A stretch of 64,000 nucleotides of DNA from an uncultured Gammaproteobacteria bacterium (GTDB taxonomy: Bacteria > Patescibacteriota > Patescibacteriia > 2-12-FULL-60-25). Below the pieces are notes generated by a model. The model ran no database searches. It saw nothing but the letters and a program-made list of their open reading frames with translations, and was not told where the DNA came from. Location of the stretch: assembly GCA_964393325.1 (NCBI GenBank), contig CAYMTE010000003.1:17661-81660 (forward strand). The letters run 5' to 3'. Shown here piece after piece: positions 18,935 through 27,843 of the stretch (position 1 is the stretch's first letter; each line of letters starts with the position of its first letter). The translations under genes and the position numbers were made by a program.

Positions 18935-18944
18935 CGCGTTGCTC

Positions 18945-18967
18945 ACTCCGCCTCTGCGGAGTTTTTT
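18945..18967 (+). terminator. Intrinsic terminator after the RNA ligase gene
   Basis: ACTCCGC-ctct-GCGGAGT followed by TTTTT. Confidence 0.75.
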
Positions 18968-19059
18968 ATATCGAGTTATCGCGTCTCGACGCACACGGCA
19001 TTCTCCTGTAGGCTGTGCTATACACCTACGCACCGCTCCGGCGGCGGCTTTCTATATCT

Positions 19060-21606
<2,547 letters not shown>

Positions 21607-21646
21607 AAACGCTCCGATGCTCGGAGCGAGGGGTGTCGTTATCGGT

Positions 21647-22882
21647 TTAGAACCGACGGGCGACCGGTGGTTGTAGTTTGTTGAGTGCCTCGTGGAAGCC
21701 TTCGCGCGATAAGAGGAAGAGCGTGCGGAGGACGTTTGGCTTCGTGCGTGGAAGGCCGCGGTGGTCTATTTCGTTCACGCGATACCGAATTTCCTTCTCT
21801 TCCATGGTTTCCCATGGATAGAGCAGGAGATCGGGTCGTTGCGTCAGCGGGTCGGGGGTATCTTCGGATGCGAGATACTTCCGAATCGCGTAGACGCGAA
21901 CGCGGATGTCTTCCGGCGATCGACGGAGGATCTCGTGGAAGCGCGTGTTTTTGAACAGCGTTGCAAAAAACATAACCGACGCCGTTTGCTCGGAAGCGGC
22001 GAGAATGATTTTTGGCAAGCTGACCCAGATCGCGAGGTCATTCAGGATCGCGGGCGCTCGCGTGGAGCCGTTCCAGATCCAGGCAAGATGCGGTGGTGCG
22101 GTTGTCGGCGCGTTGGGATCGACCGCCTGAAGGATGGCGAGAATTTCTTTGCGCCAGTCTCGCGTGGACGTGTGCTTCTCGGTCTCTTCTGCGGTCAGGA
22201 GACGAAGAGGCTTGCTCGACATGATCTGTCGGGCGGATGAAGGGGGCGGCGGTGGTGCGCGCGACGCGTGCTCTCCCTCGCACGACGCGCCTGTACGGCG
22301 TGTGCGCGTGCTCAAGCGGGTGAGGGTGTAGAACGACTGCGTATGGATCGAAGATCCAGGTTTGCGATCCGAGATCCACGCGTGAATGTCCGACGGCGTC
22401 GCGAGGAATGCACGCGGATGACTGAATCCGGCTCGGTGAAGATCTTGGTCAGTCAGTCCCGCACGACGAAACGCCTGAATCGTTTCGCGGAGCGCCGGGA
22501 GCTTGAGATGCATCGCGACGGGATGCAGGATCACCATCCGCCTCGCGAGCTCGGCGGGAAATCCAGCAGCCTTGAGCGTCTCTTCCGCAACAAGGAGATC
22601 ATCTGCGGAATGTTTCCACGCCTCGGGATTGCGCTTATGGTGCTCGACGAGTTCAACGAACGTCCAGCCGTTTGCATGGAGTTGCTGGATGGTGGAGAGC
22701 GCGTCATCGCCGCGCTGATTCCGAAGACGAATGGCGATCGCACGAGCGAGATGCTCGACGACGCCATACGCAAGAAGGGCGTCTTTGATCGGCAGGTGTA
22801 CGTCTTGAAGTTGGCGAGCGAATCGCCGGCGCGTCGGTGGATTCACGGCGTCCTCATTGTGAAGGTTCTGGCAAAAGTTCAT
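21647..22882 (-). CDS. Hypothetical helical-repeat protein (mTERF-like repeats, tentative)
   Basis: About 411 aa with repeated segments of about 30 aa, e.g. LKAAGFPAELARRMVILHPVAM and FRRAGLTDQDLHRAGFSHPRAFL. A central poly-Pro linker is present. Start is ATG 22882 or GTG 22885. Confidence 0.3.
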   Translation of the reverse strand: MNFCQNLHNEDAVNPPTRRRFARQLQDVHLPIKDALLAYGVVEHLARAIAIRLRNQRGDDALSTIQQLHANGWTFVELVEHHKRNPEAWKHSADDLLVAEETLKAAGFPAELARRMVILHPVAMHLKLPALRETIQAFRRAGLTDQDLHRAGFSHPRAFLATPSDIHAWISDRKPGSSIHTQSFYTLTRLSTRTRRTGASCEGEHASRAPPPPPSSARQIMSSKPLRLLTAEETEKHTSTRDWRKEILAILQAVDPNAPTTAPPHLAWIWNGSTRAPAILNDLAIWVSLPKIILAASEQTASVMFFATLFKNTRFHEILRRSPEDIRVRVYAIRKYLASEDTPDPLTQRPDLLLYPWETMEEKEIRYRVNEIDHRGLPRTKPNVLRTLFLLSREGFHEALNKLQPPVARRF

Positions 22883-22887
22883 CACAA

Positions 22888-22916
22888 TTGACCCTCGTGG
22901 TCAATCGCTTTACGAT
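22888..22916 (+). promoter_or_regulatory. uvrC promoter abutting a start codon
   Basis: TTGACC-17 nt-TACGAT, 7 nt before ATG 22924. Confidence 0.6.
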
Positions 22917-22923
22917 GCATGCG

Positions 22924-24180
22924 ATGATCCCGTCTACCGTCCGCATCAAGAACGACGAATTGCCCGATACGCCCGGTGTGTACATCATGAAAAACCGGGC
23001 GGGGAAGGTGATCTACGTCGGTAAAGCGACATCTTTGAAGCGGCGCGTCTCGTCGTATTTTCAGCGTCCGCAGGATACGCGGATTCAGCACATGGTCTCG
23101 GAAATACGAGAGATCGACTACATCCAAAAATCTACGGCGATTGAAGCGTTGATTCTTGAGGCGAATCTCATCAAATATTATTTTCCGCCGTACAACATTC
23201 GCGAGAAGGATAATAAGAGTTTTTTGTATCTCGTGATCACAAAGGAGGATTTTCCCAAACCGGTATTGGTTCGGGGAAAAGATATGCCCGAAGATGCGTC
23301 GAAGGTCTACAAGGCGGTGTTTGGCCCGTATACCTCGCCGCGCTCGCTTCGTGCGGCATTAGATCTTGTTCGCAAAGCCTTTCCATGGTCGACCTGTGAA
23401 CCGGGGCAGTCGCGCGCGTGTTTTTATCATCACCTCAACCTCTGCCCAGGTGTGTGCATCGGCGCGATATCGAAACAATCGTACGCGAAGATCATTCGTG
23501 ATTTGATTCGATTCTTTGACGGCAAGAAGGACGATATTCTCAAGGCGTATGCCAAAGAGATGAAGGTCGCATCAAAGGAGCAGCGATTCGAAGATGCGGC
23601 GGCGTTGCGGAATAAGATTTTCTTTCTAGAACACATCCAAGATGTCGCTGTATTGAAACGGGAAGATGAAGATGTTGATAAGATTCGCGAAGGGGAGGCA
23701 CCGGTGAATGTGTTTGGTCGGATTGAGGGATATGACATCTCAAATATCTCTGGGACGTCGTCCGTTGCCTCAATGGTGGTGTTTGAAGACGGCGCGCCGG
23801 CAAAGACGGAATATCGAAAATTTCGTATCAAGACGGTCAGCGGATCGAATGACGTCGCCTCGATGAAAGAAACGCTGGCGCGACGATTCCGAAACGATTG
23901 GCGTCATCCGGATCTCATCCTGATCGACGGTGGATGGCCGCAAGTGAATGCCGCGATTGAAGTGATTCATGAATTTGATCTAGGTATTCCCGTTGTGGGA
24001 CTTGCAAAAGGGCCGGCACGCGACCGGAATGACTTGATTTGTGATCCAAATAATCTGGAGATCTGTGCCGTGTGCGAACGACACAAGAAGCTGTTGATCG
24101 CTGTGCGTGATGAGGCACATCGGTTTGCGATCACGTATCATCGAAAGGTACGGTCGAGAAAATTTTTTGGAGGGGGATAA
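22924..24180 (+). CDS. uvrC: Excinuclease ABC subunit C, short form lacking C-terminal (HhH)2 domain
   Basis: GIY-YIG motif (GVYIMKNRAGKVIYVGKATSLKRRVSSYF), UVR motif (FEDAAALRNKIFFLEH) and RNase H-like endonuclease domain (IEGYDISN...RDEAHRFAITYHRK). The ORF stops about 10 aa later. Start set at ATG 22924, 7 nt after TTGACC-17-TACGAT. Confidence 0.85.
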   Translation: MIPSTVRIKNDELPDTPGVYIMKNRAGKVIYVGKATSLKRRVSSYFQRPQDTRIQHMVSEIREIDYIQKSTAIEALILEANLIKYYFPPYNIREKDNKSFLYLVITKEDFPKPVLVRGKDMPEDASKVYKAVFGPYTSPRSLRAALDLVRKAFPWSTCEPGQSRACFYHHLNLCPGVCIGAISKQSYAKIIRDLIRFFDGKKDDILKAYAKEMKVASKEQRFEDAAALRNKIFFLEHIQDVAVLKREDEDVDKIREGEAPVNVFGRIEGYDISNISGTSSVASMVVFEDGAPAKTEYRKFRIKTVSGSNDVASMKETLARRFRNDWRHPDLILIDGGWPQVNAAIEVIHEFDLGIPVVGLAKGPARDRNDLICDPNNLEICAVCERHKKLLIAVRDEAHRFAITYHRKVRSRKFFGGG

Positions 24181-24251
24181 CTTTATCCCCAGTGATTTTT
24201 TTTTGCTCAGAGTGTACACTTACGCAGCTAATTCATTTCCTATCATCAACT

Positions 24252-24812
24252 ATGAAATCACCAAAGATTGGTTTCGTCGGTGCAACATCTCTCGCCTTCT
24301 TCGCGCTTTCCGCGACGGCGGTTCTCGCGGCGACGACAGCCTTCCTTTATCCAAACGCGGATGGCACGTATCAAGGTTGGACTTCCGGCGGGCTTTCTCA
24401 CTACACGCGCGTGAACGAAGCAAATTGTGATGGTTTGACCACACACGTGAGCTCCACGACCCCGGGTTCTGTGGATTCGTATAGCGTTGATCTTTCGTCT
24501 GTCCCATATGGATCAACCATTACGCGGGTCGAAATTGTTCCGTGTGCAAGCCGTTCTTCCGGATCCGGTAGCACAAAATCAACAATGGCAGTGTTTTATC
24601 GCTGGAATGGAACCGACAGCTCAAATGGTCCTACCTATACGTTTCTTAGCACGGGTTCTAATGTTCCCACATCCCTCACGACGACCTCTTTTACCGGTCT
24701 AAGTCTCTCTCGCAACTCGGCAACGGATACGCTTGAGATTGGTGCGAATCACTTGGGCGGATCACTCGGCGTGAACTTGAGCAACATGAAGGTTCGTTTG
24801 ACGTACAACTAG
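24252..24812 (+). CDS. Secreted protein, unknown function
   Basis: Signal peptide MKSPKIGFVGATSLAFFALSATAVLA, an S/T/G-rich beta-type composition, and a strong terminator downstream. Confidence 0.5.
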   Translation: MKSPKIGFVGATSLAFFALSATAVLAATTAFLYPNADGTYQGWTSGGLSHYTRVNEANCDGLTTHVSSTTPGSVDSYSVDLSSVPYGSTITRVEIVPCASRSSGSGSTKSTMAVFYRWNGTDSSNGPTYTFLSTGSNVPTSLTTTSFTGLSLSRNSATDTLEIGANHLGGSLGVNLSNMKVRLTYN

Positions 24813-24830
24813 TAGACGCGGTTCGCTTTA

Positions 24831-24858
24831 AAAAGCTGCGGTAACACGCAGCTTTTTT
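24831..24858 (+). terminator. Intrinsic terminator
   Basis: AAAAGCTGCG-gtaaca-CGCAGCTTTT followed by TT. The stem is 10 bp. Confidence 0.8.
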
Positions 24859-24860
24859 GT

Positions 24861-24895
24861 TAAAAAACAACGGCTCAACCAGGATGGTTGAGCCG
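24861..24895 (-). terminator. Intrinsic terminator for the convergent minus-strand gene
   Basis: The 10-bp stem CGGCTCAACC/GGTTGAGCCG is followed on the minus strand by TTGTTTTTTA. Confidence 0.75.
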
Positions 24896-24920
24896 TGAGA
24901 GGCGACGCCGAGTGGTGGTG

Positions 24921-25349
24921 TCACCTGTGCGGAGAATATTTATCGTAGAACTCCATGTCAGCTCCTTGGAGCTCTGCCTCGATACGGAACAGTCGCTTCG
25001 TAACGAGCAATGAGAGCATGTTGCTCCCTAGGGGGAACGTGGCCTCGATCAGAATAGTTAGGAGAATGTATGGCTTACACACGGTAGCGATGCTGCCGGT
25101 GCCGAAGAAGACGATGGGGATCGCATTGAGCAGGAATATGAGCTCTAGGTGTTTATCTACCATGCGGAGCCATCTCCACAGGTCGACTCTCCAGTTCTTG
25201 GCCGCTTCTTCGAATCCGGGGCGTTGGAGTGCTTCCGTGATGCGCTTGTCGACCGTGTGGTCGAACTTCCTCCGGCCATGTAGATCCAAGGAACGGAACA
25301 CCGAGATGAACAGACAGATGAAAACCAGGATAACGGTGAACGTGTCCAT
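24921..25349 (-). CDS. Membrane protein, unknown function
   Basis: Start moved to ATG 25349 (MDTFTVILVFICLF), which is preceded by the SD GGAGGT. A strong TTGACA-17-TGcTATAGT promoter lies upstream. Confidence 0.5.
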   Translation of the reverse strand: MDTFTVILVFICLFISVFRSLDLHGRRKFDHTVDKRITEALQRPGFEEAAKNWRVDLWRWLRMVDKHLELIFLLNAIPIVFFGTGSIATVCKPYILLTILIEATFPLGSNMLSLLVTKRLFRIEAELQGADMEFYDKYSPHR

Positions 25350-25409
25350 GAGACCTCCAGATGTATGGGGCGTTTTTTGTTTTAGAAGATGCGAAGTTTT
25401 TAACGAAAT

Positions 25410-25438
25410 ACTATAGCATAGATTGTCCATTTTGTCAA
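25410..25438 (-). promoter_or_regulatory. Promoter of the 24921-25349 gene
   Basis: On the minus strand: TTGACA-17 nt-TGcTATAGT. The leader is about 55 nt and carries the SD GGAGGT. Confidence 0.65.
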
Positions 25439-25563
25439 GTTATCTATACATTTTGCTAAAACAGTCATTTGGGGCCGAAGTGGGAAAATGTTTTATCCCC
25501 ATGGAACGAAAAAAGAACAGTTTTTTAGCTACGTAGAGAGCTATTTTTGACAACCTCGATGGA

Positions 25564-25592
25564 TTGACCGAAGTCATAGAGTGGCATAGAAT
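25564..25592 (+). promoter_or_regulatory. mraZ promoter
   Basis: TTGACC-17 nt-TAGAAT. The leader to ATG 25634 is about 35 nt. Confidence 0.6.
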
Positions 25593-25620
25593 GGGTGCAA
25601 GTGGGGAAGAGTGGGAAGTA
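25581..25620 (+). promoter_or_regulatory. Putative MraZ operator: four GTGGG-like boxes at 10-bp phasing
   Basis: GTGGCataga ATGGGtgcaa GTGGGgaaga GTGGGaagta overlaps the -10 and transcription start of the mraZ promoter. A further GTGGG lies at about 25480. Confidence 0.6.
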
Positions 25621-25633
25621 AGACGAGTCGCCT

Positions 25634-26062
25634 ATGTTCATCGGAGAGTTTCATCACACGCTCGATGAAAAGGGGCGATTAGCGATTCCGTCGAAGTTTC
25701 GCGCTGATCTCGCGGCAGGCGCCGTGGTCACGCGAGGTCTCGACCGATCGTTGTTTCTTTATCCAAAAGCGGCATGGGAGACGCTGGCTCAAAAGCTTGC
25801 CTCCCTTCCGTTAGGACAGGCCGACACGCGTGCCTTCGCTAGATTGATGCTGGCGGGTGCGATGGATGTCGATATCGACAAGTCCGGCCGCGTCACGATT
25901 CCCGAGTACCTCCGGCATTATGCTGGTGTTGCGAAGGATGTGATTGTGACCGGGCTCTACGATCGCCTCGAAATTTGGGATGAGACAGCGTGGAAGGAAT
26001 ACGCGGCCAAGACGGAACGCGATTCGAATGATATTGCGGAACGTCTCGGCTCCATCGTCTAA
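25634..26062 (+). CDS. mraZ: Transcriptional regulator MraZ
   Basis: MFIGEFHHTLDEKGRLAIPSKFR plus a second SpoVT/AbrB-like repeat (DKSGRVTIPEYLR). Confidence 0.95.
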   Translation: MFIGEFHHTLDEKGRLAIPSKFRADLAAGAVVTRGLDRSLFLYPKAAWETLAQKLASLPLGQADTRAFARLMLAGAMDVDIDKSGRVTIPEYLRHYAGVAKDVIVTGLYDRLEIWDETAWKEYAAKTERDSNDIAERLGSIV

Positions 26063-26065
26063 GAT

Positions 26066-27013
26066 ATGGAAGACACATCGATCCACATCGCGGTCATGGT
26101 CCGCGAAGCCATTCTGGCACTTCGGCCTCACGCCGGAGGTCTCTATGTTGATGGGACACTCGGAGGTGCAACGCACACCGAGGAGATCCTCAAGGCATCT
26201 GGTCCTGATGGGCGAGTTCTTTCGCTCGATGTCGATCCGATCGCTCTCGAACGGGCGCGTAATACGCTCCGTTCGTATGGAGCAAGATGGATCGGCGCGG
26301 AAGGGAACTTTCGCCGGATGGATGAGCTCGCGATGCGGGAAGGATTTGTTCCGTGCGATGGGATTCTGCTTGACCTCGGACTTTCGTCCGATGAGCTGGC
26401 AGACCCATCGCGCGGGCTCTCCTTCCAGGTCGATGGTCCGCTTGATATGCGGCTTGGGTCTGCATCGAATGATGACGGCCTGACGGCAGCGGAAATCGTG
26501 AATACCTGGAAGCGGCATGAGCTGGAAGAGCTGATCCGCGACTACGGGGAAGAGCGATACGCGCGTGCCATCGCCGAGATGATCGTGATGCGACGAAAAG
26601 AGCAGCCGTTTGATCGGACACTTGATCTCGCACAGGCGATCAAAGCGGCACTTCCGCGCGGATATGAACGCGGACGCATTCACCCGGCCACGCGAACGTT
26701 TCAAGCGCTGCGCATGGCGGTGAATGATGAGATCGGTGCGTTGAAAGATGCGCTTGCCGCTGCGCGCCGCATCTTGCGTCCCGGTGGTCACCTCGCGGTG
26801 ATCACCTTCCATTCGCTTGAAGACCGTGTCGTGAAGCTTGCGTTCAAAGACGCGGAAGATCTCGACATTGTCACGAAAAAACCGTTGGTGCCAACAGAAG
26901 AAGAATCAACACATAATCCAAGATCGCGATCCGCAAAACTACGGATTGCCGAAAAGAAAGAAACACAAACATATGTCCCGCACGCTCGCACTCGCTATGA
27001 CGAGACCGCATGA
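26066..27013 (+). CDS. rsmH: 16S rRNA (cytosine1402-N4)-methyltransferase
   Basis: HIAVMVREA...YVDGTLGGATHTEEIL, LDLGLSSDEL and ITFHSLEDRVVK motifs. Confidence 0.95.
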   Translation: MEDTSIHIAVMVREAILALRPHAGGLYVDGTLGGATHTEEILKASGPDGRVLSLDVDPIALERARNTLRSYGARWIGAEGNFRRMDELAMREGFVPCDGILLDLGLSSDELADPSRGLSFQVDGPLDMRLGSASNDDGLTAAEIVNTWKRHELEELIRDYGEERYARAIAEMIVMRRKEQPFDRTLDLAQAIKAALPRGYERGRIHPATRTFQALRMAVNDEIGALKDALAAARRILRPGGHLAVITFHSLEDRVVKLAFKDAEDLDIVTKKPLVPTEEESTHNPRSRSAKLRIAEKKETQTYVPHARTRYDETA

Positions 27014-27338
27014 ACGCTTCGGCCTTCCACAGCCGCTCGGCCGCCGACTCCCGCAAGGAATCGTTGGTTGGAATGTGCTGATCGCCGTGTGTTCCGTGGC
27101 ATGTATCGTGGCATACGTGTTTCAAGTGAATTTAGCCTCATCGAGATCGTTTGCCTTGCGAGACGTGGAACGGCAGATCGATACGTTGAAAGTAGATGTT
27201 ATGTCTCTCGAGGATAAGGTTGCGACGTTGTCTTCGATGCAAAACATGACACAGCGTGCGGAACAGCTTGGTTTTGTGCCGATCGAGCATCAGGAGTTCG
27301 TGAATCCGGCGGCAAAATCCTACGCATTCGCACGATAG
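26973..27338 (+). CDS. FtsL-like cell-division protein (tentative)
   Basis: The position after rsmH fits ftsL. It has a single TM (WNVLIAVCSVACIVAYVF) followed by a coiled coil. Start is ATG 26973 or 26997, overlapping the rsmH 3' end. Confidence 0.5.
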   Translation: MSRTLALAMTRPHERFGLPQPLGRRLPQGIVGWNVLIAVCSVACIVAYVFQVNLASSRSFALRDVERQIDTLKVDVMSLEDKVATLSSMQNMTQRAEQLGFVPIEHQEFVNPAAKSYAFAR

Positions 27339-27408
27339 CGTGTTGCAGAAAGAGATGTGGGAAGAACGATATTCTTCGCATGTCTCTGGCTGAAATATCC
27401 GAATACAC

Positions 27409-27440
27409 ATTCCCCGGCAGCGCGTGTCCGGGGAATGTTG
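27409..27440 (+). terminator. Terminator-like hairpin after the ftsL-like gene
   Basis: ATTCCCCGG-10 nt loop-CCGGGGAAT followed by GTTGTTT. Confidence 0.55.
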
Positions 27441-27444
27441 TTTA

Positions 27445-27453
27445 TGGTATAAT
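27445..27453 (+). promoter_or_regulatory. Extended -10 abutting a start codon
   Basis: TGgTATAAT, 6 nt before ATG 27460. Confidence 0.6.
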
Positions 27454-27459
27454 TTGCGT

Positions 27460-27843
27460 ATGACATCGCGTGTTGGTGCGGTGGCGCGTCTCTTGATCTT
27501 CGACCTTGCGGGAAGCGTCGCGTGGTTTCCTGTCTGGTGGTACTCAACCGGATTATTGAACGTTGTTCGTGCGGCGCATTCCACATTAGCGTATCGCATT
27601 CGAAGCTACGCGTTTGCGATCTGGATTCGGAATTTTTTTGTACCGATGTATGGGCAGCATGATCTGACGGGACGGCTTGTCAGTGTTGTGATGCGTTTCG
27701 TTGTCCTGGTTGCGCGCGGTGTCGCGTTGGTCGTTGAAGCGATCGTGTACGGATGCGGCGTGCTCGTATGGCTTGTGGCGCCGATCGCATTTTTCTTTTT
27801 TGCACTTACGAATATTGTTCGCGGATTTTCGCCCCAGGTATGA
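27460..27843 (+). CDS. Membrane protein, unknown function
   Basis: Four hydrophobic spans. ATG 27460 lies 6 nt after TGgTATAAT. Confidence 0.5.
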   Translation: MTSRVGAVARLLIFDLAGSVAWFPVWWYSTGLLNVVRAAHSTLAYRIRSYAFAIWIRNFFVPMYGQHDLTGRLVSVVMRFVVLVARGVALVVEAIVYGCGVLVWLVAPIAFFFFALTNIVRGFSPQV

